Shown here one piece after another: positions 14,270 to 27,900 of a stretch of 64,000 nucleotides of DNA. The notes beneath the pieces are model-generated. The model was not told the origin of the DNA. It was given only the letters and a program-made list of their open reading frames with translations, and made no database searches. How positions within the stretch are numbered: position 1 is the stretch's first letter; the number at the start of each line of letters is the position of its first letter. Where the stretch lies: assembly GCA_038087875.1 (NCBI GenBank), contig CM075988.1, forward strand, positions 13,394,001 to 13,458,000, written 5' to 3'. This DNA comes from Malacoraja senta (taxonomy: Eukaryota). Position numbers and translations under genes: made by a program.

Positions 14270-14556
14270 AGTCAGAGGGGGGATGTGACTGGGTGTTTTT
14301 CAGATTGGAAGTCTAAGACCAGCTGTGTGCTGCAGGGATCGGTGCTGAGTCCACCATTGTTCATCATCTGTATTAACAATTTGGATGAGAATGTAGGTGG
14401 CATGATTAGTAGGTTTGCAGATGATACCAAAATTGGTGGTGTAGTGGACAGTGAAGAAGGTTATGTACAATTACAACAGGTTGCAGATCAACTGGAAAAT
14501 TGGGACAAGGAATGTCAAATGGAATTGAACACAGATAAGTTTGAAGTGTTGCATTT
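14270..14556 (+). mobile_element. CR1 LINE RT fragment
   Basis: VLQGSVLSPPLFIICINNLD...FADDTKIGG...KFEVLHF. Confidence 0.85.
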
Positions 14557-14790
14557 TCAGTTTAGTTTAGTTCAGATACGGTGTGGAACCAGGCCCTTCG
14601 GCCCACCGAGTCTGCGCCGACCAGCAATCCACAAGATACTAATACTATACTACACACACTAGGGACAATTTACAATTTTATCAAAGCCAATTAACCTAAA
14701 AACCTATACATCTTTGGATTGTGGGTGGAAACCGTAGCACCTGATAAAAACCCACGCAGCTCATGGGAGGACGTACAAACTCCATACATG
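14556..14790 (-). mobile_element. V-SINE/HE1-like SINE, 3' part
   Basis: (GTTTA)n tail and core on minus strand. Confidence 0.75.
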
Positions 14791-16132
14791 TCTTATAATG
14801 CCTCTAATGCCTTGCTGAAATCAATATAGACAACAGCTACAGCTCTGTCCTCATCAACCTTTTTGGTTACATCTTCAAATAAGTCATTCGGATTCATGAG
14901 ACAAGAACTTTCTTGTTATCTAATAACTGAACAGTCAGATTTGTTGGTAGACACAAAATGCTGGAGTAACTCAGCGGGTCAGGCAGCATCTCTTGAGAGA
15001 AGGAACCAGTTACTCCAGCATTTTGTGTCTACCTTCGATTTAAACCAGCATCTGCAGTTTTTTCCTACACAGATTTGATGCTCTGCCTAATTTATGGCTT
15101 TTTCAGCACTACTTGAAAATCAAAATGTTGAAATACATTCAAAGACAAAAATAAATTCAAAGATAGAAGCAAATCCTTAACACTGAGAAAAGCAAAGGTG
15201 CATCACAGAGAATACAGAAAGATAAAGGAACTTTTGTTAATGGCCATCATATAGGACAGGATATGGTATTTTAAATTACATCTTTTCTTCAAAGCAATGT
15301 TTGTGGTTTGTTTCTGTCCTAGCAATATCCTGCTCAAAGTTTAGTTTAGTTTAGTTTAATTTATTATCACAGGTACATGCTTTTGTTGCATGCTAACCAG
15401 CCAGTGGAAAGACAATACATGATTATAATCAAGCCATTCACAGTGTACAGATACATGATAAGGGAATAGCGTTTAGTGCAAGGTAAAGCCAGTAAAGCCC
15501 GCTCAAAGATAGTCCGAGGGTCCCTGAAGAGGTCCCTGGTGTAATTCAGGACTACTCTGTGGTCCACTATAACAAAGAGTTGAATGTGCTCTTGTGTGCT
15601 ATGATGTTATATTGTGTGTGCACTGATGAGTATGTACCTGGGATTCAGAATCTGTTACGGTTCTAGTATGCAAGAACATATGAAACAGCAGGAGTAGAGC
15701 ATCCTTCGCACCTGTTCTTCCCTTCAATAAGATAATGGCAGATCTTTTACTATTGTGTCACTTTCAAAAGCTTTGATTACCATATTATTCAAATATTTAT
15801 TGATATATTTAGTGACCGAGTCTTAAAGCCAGTTTGGTAGAAATTTCCAAAAATTCACTATATTCTTAGTGAAGATTTTTTTATCATCTCAATAGACCTT
15901 TATTTTGACATTGAGATCGGGTTCTGAATACCCCAGCCAGGAAAAAAAAAATCACCCATGCCTCTCACTTGTCAAGCCCTATTAAAACCTTTTATAAATT
16001 AAATAATTTAATCCATCATTTTTTATCTCAAGAGTATTTTGATGTCAATAACCTGTTTAATCATCATGTAATATTGACATTTGTCTAAACAAAAGTGAAA
16101 TAAATTATAAGAACGTAAACAATCCACCTAAC

Positions 16133-16252
16133 CTGTAACTTCTGTGCTCTTTGCTTCCACTTCATCTCAATACTGTTGTTCTCCTGATCCTCGACAGTGT
16201 TTTGCTTGGACTCCTCATTAGTCATGGCCTTGGAACCTTTGGCAGTGGATAC
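16133..16252 (-). CDS. JHY: JHY coding exon 3
   Basis: 120 nt between atag| and CAG|GTTAGG; ends IEMKWKQRAQKLQ (human PEDKWHQRAQQLK); too short for the ORF track. Confidence 0.9.
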
Positions 16253-17439
16253 CTATGGATTTAAACAACGTTTGAAGATAGACAACAAATATCTACATAA
16301 TATTAAAATAAGATTATTTAATCCTTGAAACATGTTCTTTTCATTGTAAATTACAATAACACCAGTATTAAATTTGAGGACCATCATAGCTAGACACATT
16401 TCTCGTAAGATTCCTCCTTAAGACTATGTCAACAGAAAACTTAAGAAGTCTGTGGTCCTATAAAGTTCATTTTGTCAAACATGGAATACCTCTTTACAGT
16501 TTTTCAGGCTCCAGTCTGGTAACCATCTTGACAGAGATTGATAATGTCAGATAAATACTGAATTTTACTTTTTAATCTGTCAAAATCTATCTTTATGGCA
16601 TTTCGTTCCTTGCCCTCATGTCACATTTACAATGCTGTCTTTTGCTCCTTGGTGCATCCAACACTTTGTGGACCTCCACTGTTTGGCATTGCCAGAAGTC
16701 TTGTCTTGCTCCAAAAGAGTCTTGTTATTCCTTACTTCCCTGAATGATTCTCACATTTTTCATCCTTGACTGTTGTTGATTGGAATAGCTTGTGCCATGT
16801 AGTTTTCAGTTAACTGCTTAATGTTTACTCAGTTTCCCATTGCCTAAGATGGTCATCCATCTGTTGGCCGAATGATGCAGATCTGTCAATCCACTTTATT
16901 ATTTATATTGAGTTATTTTTCTGCTATTTAAACATGCACTTAAATGTCTTTTCTCAGAGGATAGTGTGAGGTGGTGAAGGTGAGGTCATTAGAAATATTT
17001 CAAGTGTAGACAGATGAATATTTGAAAGATTCAAGGTGAAGTCTGTGGGAACTGACACAGAAGAGGAGTTGAGGACAGCATAGATCAGCCAGGGTACACA
17101 AAAATGCTGGAGAAACTCAGCGGGTGCAGCAGCATCTATGGAGCGAAGGAAATAGGCAACGTTTCGGGCCGAAACCCTTCTTCGGGAAACATAGATCAGC
17201 CATGTACATATTGGAAGATTTGAGGGGGCCTGGTTGCTTATTGCTACTCCTAATTTCTTGTGTTAATATACTCTTGCATTCTTGCATTAAGAATGCTGTG
17301 GGTCATGATCATACCACACAATCATTCTGGACCCCAATCACTCAAACCTTTTGTAAGTTACTCTTTTCTACTCAACTTTATGCACCAAACTGAGGTATGA
17401 TAGCTCTTGCAATATAAGCCATCTTCCTGCTCTCTGTTA

Positions 17440-18290
17440 GCTTCCATCGTGGTGTATTACTGGGAATGAGTAGATCTTAAGATTCCTTAACATTGAATCC
17501 AGACCCCATGAAACATCATATCACCTGGTCAAACATTGGCAAGGAAACCTCCTGATTACCACATTCCACCCACCTCAGTTGATGAATGCTGAATAAAATT
17601 GAGATTCATGTACTGTAAGAAGCAAGGGTGCAGAGAATGCACTTTGGGTGGAGAACCTCAATGCTCATTACCCAGTGTAGCATGGTAGCACCATACTGAT
17701 GGAATTGACCAAGTCCTGAAGTCATAGCTGGCAGACTGATCAAACCAACTTAAGGGATAATCCTACATGAACTATTTCACAATGATCTTCCTAGAGACAA
17801 TACATTTATACAAAACAAACAGCAATGACCATGGCACCATTTTTGTAGAAACCAACTCCTGTCCTCAAACCAAGGACAGCCTTCATTGTGTTGTGTGACT
17901 CTGCAACCATGTTAAATGGGACAGATTCAGAATAGATCCGGAAATACTAAACTGGGCATCCCACAAAGTGCTGTGGATTATTAACAGTAGTAGAAATATA
18001 CATCAATACAAACTGCAACCTCATGGCTGAGCATAACTCTCTATCTACCATGACCATGAAGTAAGGAATCAACTGTGGTTCAATGACAACAGTAGTAGAA
18101 CATGCTGGGATTAACATCATACAAACCAAAAGATAATGAAACTGCAAAGCAAACTGCAACCTCGAGAAACATCAAAAAGGAACATGCTATAGCAGAGCTA
18201 AGCAATCTCACAACCAACAGATCATATGCTCTGTAATCCTATCACACGTAGTTTTGTATGGTGATTGATTACAAAACAACTCACTAGAGG
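17440..18290 (+). mobile_element. Old LINE endonuclease-region remnant
   Basis: Degenerate; appears related to 42870-44510 on the opposite strand. Confidence 0.45.
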
Positions 18291-18294
18291 AGGC

Positions 18295-18527
18295 AGTACA
18301 GAGTTTATACATTCTCCCGGTGACCTGCATGGGTTTTATCCAGGTGCTCTGGTTTCCTCCCACACTCCAAAGACATACAGGTTTGCAGGTTAATTCGCTT
18401 CGGTAAAATTGTGAATTGTCCCTAGTTCGTGTAGGATAGTGTTAGTGTATGGGGATCGCTGGGCAGCGCAGACTCGGTGGCCCGAAGGGCCTGTTTCCAT
18501 GCTGTATCTCACAATTAAACTAAACTA
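18295..18527 (+). mobile_element. V-SINE/HE1-like SINE, 5' truncated
   Basis: Core plus (TAAAC)n tail. Confidence 0.8.
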
Positions 18528-20699
18528 AGAAGAGGCAACCTGCCTGCACTTCCTCCCCAGCATCTCCTGCCCTCTCAGGATGAAACTATTGTCTGGCACC
18601 CTTTTCTATCCAGCTACATTTAATGAAGTATGGGTCAGTGGCTTGCACTGTGATCTATGACTTTTGACTACAGCTAGCTGAAGTCGTGGAAATGAGGCGC
18701 AAGATTCAAGTTGCTTGTAGAGTTTAAAAATATAATTTCTGTCCTTTAACTCTTTCCATTTCGATGAACTCTTCCTTTCACTACCTGTATGTGATTTTCT
18801 GCTAATGCCATTTTCATTACCGTTTCACTGCTTCTTTCTCAATTGTTAAATTGTATTGATTGAGGAAGCAGACAAATAATCCCATGATCCACTAACCTTG
18901 TTGAATCATTATCAACTCATTTCCAGCAGCTCTCAACACAGAATCTTTCATTTAAAGGGCTCGGGCAAAAGTTCAGCATGGTGTTCCAGAAGATGTTCCA
19001 TTCGTGCAAACCCTGGGCTATTTTTGCACTACTTTTAGCAATGGTCTAATGCCATGTAGTTAATTTTGACCTGTAGTCAGCAAGCTGAGAAAAGTCATGG
19101 TAATTTTCTTCAGCCATTTGATATGCGTGCTAAAATAAAATTAATTCATATTACATCTGCTTCTACTCACTACTGTAACCTACCTTTGTAAACCATATTC
19201 AGTCTCCTCCCCCATACCTCCAACAAATTAAAAAAAACTATATATTTCTTTCTAAGACTAAGATCATTCATTCTTTGCCCCTGCAGTAATAAAACAAGCA
19301 GTTTTGTTGAAACATTATCAATCTTAAATGTTAATTAGGTACTTCTTCACAGATGCTGGCAGACTAGCTATATACTTCCTGCATTTCCTGTTTTTATTTC
19401 AGATTCCCAGAATCGGTAGTTCTTTGCTTCTCTTTTTTAGCATTATTAATTATTTTTCTTTCTTACAGACGATGAAGCACTGCAGCTATGCTATACAACA
19501 CCTACTATCAAGGTCATAGACTTACCAAAGAATTAAAGTGTTTTAAACAAGACCTTAGATTGGAATGGATGAATGGATGAATGGCCAATCCCTAATTACC
19601 TACTGCAGGTTCAATCAGTTTCCATAATGTCAGCACAGGATTTCTCTTTGATTTTCATCATTTGAACAGAGAGCCAGGTGATAAGATGGTGTTTTCATGA
19701 AGCTGATGGGAGTGCAGAGCCTCATGAACAACAGCTGGATTTTCACATCAACTATGCATGCATGTTTGCTAGATGCTGTTGTTCCATTTGTGCTCAAAGA
19801 ATGGTGAGCCTCGCAGCAAAATACAGCTTATTGTGAGTTAATTATATCAGTATAAAGACCTAAAAATTGTACGACCAAATTACATACACAACATGCAACA
19901 ATCAAGAAAGCAAATTAATTATGTGAATGGTCACAGGGTCATTCAATTTGGAGGATAAAAAAAGTGCAGAGGTGAAGCACTTCAGGCATGAAGCAACAAT
20001 GATGTACTCTTAATCAGCCCACTCATTCACAGAGATGAATAATGCACATCACAATGATGTATAATTGAAGCAAAGATATTGGTTTATAATGAAGATACAA
20101 ATACAAAAGTCACGCCAATATGATCTTGTGACACTTTTTATTTCAATTTATTCTATAATATGCATAATGCAATATATAAATTTCAGAAAAAGAATAGGAG
20201 AAAATGTCACTACCACCACCCATCTACCCACTTGCCTCAAGTTCAATGGCAATAACTCGGTCAATTTTCATCGGATCGGTGGGTTAAAATTTTCCCTGAC
20301 AAAGAAATGACAACAAAATATTCTGTTGTCCACAGTGTACATGTCTGGACTCAAGTTCAGAGGACCTGAATTAGATTTCAACTATGGCTTGCATACAAAA
20401 GCTCCCTGTATATTTCGTGATTTCGGGACAGGGCCATGAAATGAAGTTCTTTCTTCGAAGGGTAGAGTGTTTGGAAATATATTACAGAGAAAATGACGAG
20501 GAATGTGATTCTCATTCCTCATCATAAAAATTGCCTGCACACTGTAAAAGAATTGAATTATTACAGCATGCAGCAAAATCTCACAATTATAAAACAGGGA
20601 AACATTAAAAATATCCCTTAAACATTAAGTATAAATAGACAATAATACATATTACTCTATTTAACAGTATTTTCTAAATTATCCATTGCTACGCTTTGG

Positions 20700-20990
20700 A
20701 CTTTAGAGGTACAGCGTGGAAACAGGCCTTTCGGCCCACCGACCAGCAGTCACCCCCACCCCCCATACTAGCACACTATCCTAAGCTTGGGGACAATTAA
20801 CAATTTTACTGAATCCAAAAAACCTACAAGCCTGTACGTCTTTGGAATGTGGAAGAAAACCAGAGCACCCGGAGAAAACCCATGCAGTCACAGGGAGAAT
20901 GTACAAACTTGGTACAGCCAGCACCCTTAATCAGGATCGAACCCGGGTCCCTGGTGCAGTCAGGCAGCAGCTTTACCACTGTGCCCCAAA
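20700..20990 (-). mobile_element. V-SINE/HE1-like SINE
   Basis: B box and core on minus strand. Confidence 0.8.
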
Positions 20991-21499
20991 GCTATTTAAA
21001 ATTAAATATGTGGTTTATATATCAAAATCTAAATAACTTTTGGGGGCATTTTGCGAAAAGAAAACCAATGTCCTTTTGGAAAAAGAACGCACAACTGGAT
21101 TAATTGACATTTTTTCTATTCTGATGAAATGTCATTAACATGAAACATTAACTACTTCTGTCTTTTCCAGCATTTTCTGCCTTATTTACTGGATTAATTT
21201 CATTATTTAAAATAAACTGTTTAGGTATTGTAAGGGCCACACAGCACTCAGTCCAGTGGACAACTAATACTACTTTCTGCCAAAGTAATCTGCAATATGT
21301 TATTCATTCACATAATCTGCTGCTAACCAACTGAAATGGGATTTTTTGGAATCAAATCCTGCTTAGCTGCTTGAACTAAGTGTCTTAATTTTCTCCTTTG
21401 ATTAACTGCTAAAACTTGAAAGTTTGTCTGGAAAGTTAATTAAAATTGACAACATTTCTCAAATTTTCACTCTTATTTAATCCTTTTAATTTGATTGAT

Positions 21500-23105
21500 G
21501 AAAGAGTCAAGAGACGCTTAGCAAAGAAGTGACTGGTTTGAGTCAGTGGACTGGTTTATATTCAAGGTCTCTGCGGCCAAATGAGAATGCCACTTCTGTC
21601 ACAGACTTCATCACTCAGTTTATTAAGGACTATGTCAAAGAAGATAATACGAGTATTCCCCAACTGGAAAGCATGGATCAACCGGAGGTCCACTCTCAGG
21701 TGAAGTTCAAGTCTGTAGCATTCAAGTCAGGCAATCCTGAGTGGTACAAGAAATCTATGTGAGACGTTTGCAAACCCATGAAGGATGCAAAGAGGGATTT
21801 CTGGATAAAGCTAGACTCCGGGCATTATCACACAGACACCCAAAAGTCAAGTGTCAAGAGTGTTTTATTGTCATATGTCTCAGATAGCACAATGAAATTC
21901 CTATGTGCAGCAGCACAACAGAATATGTAAACATATACGCACACATTAGTGCAATAACAATAATAGTCTATGTAGTTCAGAGCTTAATGGAGGTTGCTGT
22001 GTTCAATAGTCTGATGGCTGTAGGGAAGAAGCTATACTGAACCTGGACGTTACAGTTTTCTTGCTCCTGTACCTTCTTCCTGATGGCAGGGGTGAAATGA
22101 GTGTGCGATCAGGGTGGTGTGGGTCTTTGATGGTACTGTCTGCCTTTTTGAGACGACGATTCCGGTAAATCCCATCGATGGTAGGGATGTTGGAGCCCAT
22201 GATGACTGGGTAGCGATCACAACTTTTTGCAGTCTTCTTCGCTCCTGCACACTCAAGTTGCTGAACCAGGCCATGATGCAACCAGTCAAACCAATCTACT
22301 GTACATCTGTTGAAGTTCAAGAGAATCCTCTCTGACATACCTAATCTCGGCAATCTTCTCAGAAAGTAGAGACATTGATGGGCTTACTTTATAATCGCAT
22401 TAGGGCGCTGGGTCCAGGAAAGATCTTCAGAAATATGCACTCCCAGGAATTTGAAGCTTTTGACTCTCTCCACCATCATCCCGTCGATATAGATAGGTTT
22501 GTGGGTCCTCATCCTTCTTCTTCCAAAGTCCACAATCAGTTCCTTGGTCTTACTGACACAGAGACCCAGGTTTTTGTGCTGGCATCATTTGGTCAGTCGA
22601 TCGTTCTCAGGTCTATACTTTGACTCATCATCATCTGTAATTCGTCCAACAATGGTGGTGTCGTCGGTGAACTTGGTGATGGAGTTTGCTCTGTGTCCGG
22701 CTATACAGTCATGAGTATAGAGTGAGTAGAGCAGGGGGCTGAGCACACAGCCTTGAGGTGCTCCCGTACTGATGGTTATTGAAGGAAGAAGTATTTTTGC
22801 CAATTCAAACAATGGTCTGTTGATGAGGAAGTTGAGGATCCACTTGCAAGAGATGTGCAGAGACCCAGTTCCGTGAGTTTGGGAACCAGCTTGGAGGGAA
22901 TGATGGTATTGAACGCCCATCGATTGTGGCAAGACTTGCGTGCTATTGCAGGCAACAAAGTGAGGCTGGGCAGTATTACTCGCAACAATATGTCCCTCCC
23001 TGACTAGCTCAATGCATTCTATGTTCACTTTGAATAGAACTACGGTGGAATTACGTCACCTGCCCCAACAGCCGTGGGTGCACCTGTACCCGTGTGGGGT
23101 CACAG
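21500..23105 (+). mobile_element. Rex1/Babar LINE middle fragment, split by the inverted fragment above
   Basis: ENATSVTDFI...AFKSGNPEWYKKS (21500-21841) resumes at 22920 with RLWQDL...LNAFY. Confidence 0.7.
21845..22918 (-). mobile_element. Rex1/Babar LINE 3' fragment
   Basis: ISTGAPQGCVLSPLLYSLYTHDC, KFTDDTTIVGRI, IKDPHHP...LPSGRRYRS; short-repeat tail at 21845. Confidence 0.88.
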
Positions 23106-23349
23106 TTGCTTTAACTTTAAAAATAAAGCGTATTAAAATGGTTTTAAAATTAATTATTATTAGAAATATTTACCTGATGGAATTAGAAGGGGAGGAAACA
23201 ATGTGCAAGGTGGGATATGACGGTGAGATTATTCTAACACTTGTTAGAATAACTTGTTACAATTGATATAGAGGAGCATTCTTCACCACATGAAGCCAGG
23301 GTTGGAAGCTTTCTTGAATAACATGGTTGTGCATCCAGTTAAAAAATAG

Positions 23350-24500
23350 ATTTAAAAAATAGTGTTTTCAGGTTTATTGGCCAGTTGATCGAAGTCCAGG
23401 ACCTGCATCTTCCAGTAAGGAGGAAGGACAAGGATTGCAAAGTAAGGGAACCTTGAATGACCAAAGATGTTGTATCTTTGGTCGAAAAGAAAAAGGAAGC
23501 ATATGCAAGATTTAAGAGGATAGAATCAGAAAAACCTTTGAGGAATATAATGAAAGGAGGAAAGAAATCAGGCTTGCGATTAGAAGGGCCAAAAGGGGCC
23601 ACAAAATGACTGATGACTTGGATTAAAGAAAATCCCAAAGCTTTTTATACCTACATTAAAAACAAAAGTAACCAGGGAGTAGGTACGACTCAAGGATAAC
23701 TTTAGTTTAGTTTATTGTCACATGTACTGAGGTACAGCGAAAAGCTTTTTTGTTGCGTGCTATCCATGCACAGGAGGGAATTTTGTGCTTTGAGTCTGGG
23801 GATGTAGGTGAGGTACTAAACGAGTACTTTGTATGTTTTCACCAAGGAGAAGGACTTGGAGGATTGTGAGATCAGCGTGGAGAATGCTAATATGCTAGGG
23901 CAGTTTGAGCTTAAGAAGGAGGCATTGGGGCTCTTGACGAGCATTAAGTTGGATAAAGCCCACCATCTGTTGAGATCTATCCCATGTTATTGAGAGAGGC
24001 TTGTGGGAGTCTTGAAAAAGATCCTTACGTCTTATCTAGCTACAGGCGAGATCCCAGAGGACTAGAAAATAGCTAATGGTGTTCATTCATTTAAGAAGGG
24101 AAGAATCCAGGGGATAATAGGCCTGTGAGCCTCATATCACTGGTAGGGAACTATTGGAGAGGAATCTTCGCAATAGTATTTTCTCCCATTTGGAAGAGAA
24201 TGGGTTAATTAGGGACAGTCAGCTTGGCTCTGTACAAGGCGGATCGTCTTTTACTAACTTAATCAAGATTTTTTTGAAGACGTGACAAAGGCCAGAAGAT
24301 TAATATGCAGTGGATTAACAGTTATTCGGTCATATGGATTCCAAACTGACTTGGAGGGTTGTGGTAGAAAGACTATATTTAGGCTTGAGGTTTGTGATAA
24401 GCAGAGCTCTGCAGCGATCTGTGCTGGGACCTCTGGTATATATATAGTATGTGCAGGCAGGTCAGAGTTGGTCGGCATTATGTTCAGCAGACATTATCTG
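23350..24500 (+). mobile_element. CR1 LINE ORF2 fragment, degenerate
   Basis: IKENPKAFYTYIKNK, EVLNEYF, RPVSLISLVG, LTNL..FFEDVT motifs with frameshifts. Confidence 0.8.
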
Positions 24501-26279
24501 AAGGGCAAAGTGCACATTAGGAACAAAAAAATATGTATTTTGCATGTCCTGTCCATTTGACCTTCAGTCAGCAAACAGCACCATTATGTTTCGACTGTTG
24601 CCTATCCATTCCTTCTACAAATACTGACTGTCCAGCACTTTGTGTTTTACTCAAGATTCCAGCATTTGCATTCCCTTACATCACCATTCTGTTTGATTTC
24701 TTCTCCATTATCTCTGCAGGAAAGTATAGATTTTTAAAATCCATCAAAATGTAAAATGTAAAAATACTGGTGTTAAGAAAGTTTTGCAGAGTTAATAAAT
24801 CGCAAGTTGTAATATTATTATAATATATTTTTTGGCACTTGATAACAAATATGAAAGCATGATTGCAAGTATTTTTGTAATTATATCATTGTTGAACATT
24901 ATTTTGCACTCAGTGAGCTTTTTCAATGAGAAAAATGAAGCTGAATGACTGAACTATTCAATATGTTCTATTGAATGAAAGATGCACTTTGTTCAGATTT
25001 CAAAATGCAGTGCAGTTACAATACTGCGATAAGTACATTGCAGGAAAGTACTGCAGAGGTGTTGATTGCTCAGACACGATCTCCACACAGTCCTCATTAT
25101 CTCTTTCACTGTGCTGCAAGCCTCAACCTCTGCCCATGTTTCTTACAACATCTTTTATGAACTATTCTAATAATACCAATCAAATTGAGAAAATGATCAA
25201 ATGAAATCACATTTTAAGCATCATAAGCTGTGTTAGGTTCTCTCTGTTAAATCAAGCCTGTAATTACTTCTCTATAGAGAATATACAACAAAGGTAGCAA
25301 TCATGGAATGTTATTATCCTGGTCTAGGGTACAAAGTCTGCAATAGGACTTCAAAGACTCTGGCTTGTTGAATTGCATTTGGTTGTTATTGTGGGAGCTT
25401 GGGCCATCTTGATTAGATGTTCATACTAAGGCGAAGCATGCTGCACAGAGTGCCCAAGCCCTTTGGTCTCGAGCCAATGAACTATTAATAAATTGTACAT
25501 TATGTCTTCCTACTTTGAAGTGAGGGTTATCAGGAAGGAAAGGAACTAGTTTAAGTGCAGCTGAGGTAGATAGTGCAGCTACTACTACTATCAAAATAAG
25601 TCAACAGGTTCTTACCGAATCACATTTTTGAAAAAGAAGTAAATTTTGCCAAACGCAAATTATTTTTTATAGACTGAATGTCTTTTTTATGAAAGTAACT
25701 CACATTACTTGAAGCAATATGAGAAATCATATACCAAAGTTAGAATAGATAACTTCAAAGAAAATTTTGAAAGGCCAGAAAACACTTTTTTAATAACTTT
25801 TGTTAGTTCTACAGCAGTTGACAATTACTGTTGATTTTGTCTGGGAGAGCTCATTAAAGCAGGCTCTAAAATAATGGCTCTATGTGGCTAAATCCATCAG
25901 CTCAAGAAATGGCAGTTTTGATCTATGTTGGTTGACTGAAATGTAGGCAGTACACAAACATAGCGGTGCAGGCTCGAAGGGCCGAATGGCCTACTCCTGC
26001 ACCTATTTTCTATGTATCTATGTATGTATCCTTGCTAACACCCATAAACAAAATGGTGTTGACATTTGTTTGAAATGGTTGTTGCATAGACATTGACCGT
26101 GGTGAGGATAAAACCATCAAATAGATGACTGTGGTCACATACTAATCCTGCTTCTCACGGGCCACCATACTTTCCCCCATACGTTCTTAGTTTTACACAA
26201 TTAAGGTGGTGTAACTTATAGAATTGAAAGGAAAATAGGGTAGCCCTGATTTATTTTTAAATGAGGTAAAGGCAGTAGA

Positions 26280-27900
26280 GAGGAACTATTTTAGTTCAAA
26301 ATATCAAGAACTAAAATTGGTTTGGTTTATGTAAGAAATAGAAAGAGGGTTTGGGAGTTGTATATCAGCCCCCAATGTGAAATGCAGGGGTACAGCATAA
26401 CTAGGCTCATAAAGGTACATTTAGCAAAGACAATTCAATAACCACAGAAGACTTTGATCCATGTATAGACTGGATAACCCAACTTTGAGTAACAATGCAG
26501 AAGATGAAATTGTGAAGTGTATAAGAGATGGTGTTCCAAATCAATATATTGGGGAACCAAGGGAACAGACTATTTCTAGTTTAGGAAGGAACTGCAGATG
26601 CTGGAAAATCGAAGGTAGACAAAAATGCTGGAGAAACTCAGCGGGTGAGGCAGCATCTGTGGAGCGAAGGAAATAGACGACGTTTCAGGTCGAGAAATAG
26701 GAAATAGAAATAGACTATTTAGGTATGTTACAAAACGTACCTTCAGTCGCGCTGTAATTCTGCCACTGGCCGTGTGCGCGATTTTGGCGCCTTTAAGGGG
26801 GGGGCGGGGTTAAAACGCGGTTTCACCTCGCTTGTCCTGGAAATATTTTGTTGGAGTACAAAACTTCGCTGACAAAATCGTTCCTACCGGCGATTTGTGA
26901 TTTTTTTTTTTTAATTAAATCGTCAATGTCAGCGCTACAGTCATTTTAAAAGCAGCTCCTGAAACGTCAACGCCAATAACGGGGACGGATTTCACACAAT
27001 GGACAGGTAAACGAAAGTGCTTACTTTAAATGTATAAAAGTGCTTCTTAAGAAGCCTTTAATTCACATTTTGTCATGCGACACGGTGATTTTATTCCCCG
27101 AATTAACGGCAGTATTTTTCATGCCAATACGGGGTTAAATTCACCGCAAATCAACGTTCCAAAAGATCGCGTTCCAGAAATTCTCACTCGCAAGATGAAT
27201 TAAATCCCCATTAATTTACAGGTATTAAACATTCAATTCCTTCCATTTGGCCTGTAAATTCATGAAAATTAGATTTAAAAATTATGTTATATTGTGAATT
27301 ATTGTGTGAATGTTATTTGGACACTTAGGCTATTTAAAAATGTTAATCTATTCTTAAGAAATTGATAGATGTTTAGATCTAGTAATTGAATTTTGTAATT
27401 AGCTACAATTAGGTAACTAACAAATTATATGCTTTACTTTCATGTCTTCGAAGTAAGATTGTTTCATATTTGTTTCAGAATGCTTCAATCTATAATACCT
27501 GAAAATTTCTTTCAGTTACCATAATTTTTAAGAAAGTTATGGGCTTTTAACTGTCCTCGATCACAGCTTTTGTGTTAAGTCAATGGAAAAGCAATAGGGA
27601 ACTAGATGCTAATTTCTGAGTATGATAATGGCCATAACTTTTTTAATACTGAAGATATGAAAGTGAATTAAGTGTCAAATTAAACTTCTTTTTATGCTTT
27701 ATCTGATGGGATAAATTGCAGACTTTATTTTTTAAATCTCAAAATTTTGTAACATTGCTAGACTATTTCTAGTGCTTTGTTATGCAAAAATAATCAATTG
27801 GTCATCTGGTACTAATGGAGCATTCAGGAAATAATAATCAAAACGTAATAACATTTAAAATAAAAAATAAGTGATTCAGTGCAGTCTGAAACCAGGGGTC
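26280..27900 (+). mobile_element. Degenerate CR1 endonuclease region hosting two nested insertions
   Basis: EDEIVKCIRDG..NQYIGEP.REQ resembles CR1 EN C-terminus; appears to resume after 27760. Confidence 0.55.
26720..27760. mobile_element. Non-autonomous DNA transposon, copy 2 (hAT-like termini)
   Basis: TIRs TAGGTATGTTACAAAA / TTTTGTAACATTGCTA; 7-bp TSD GACTATT. Confidence 0.88.
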
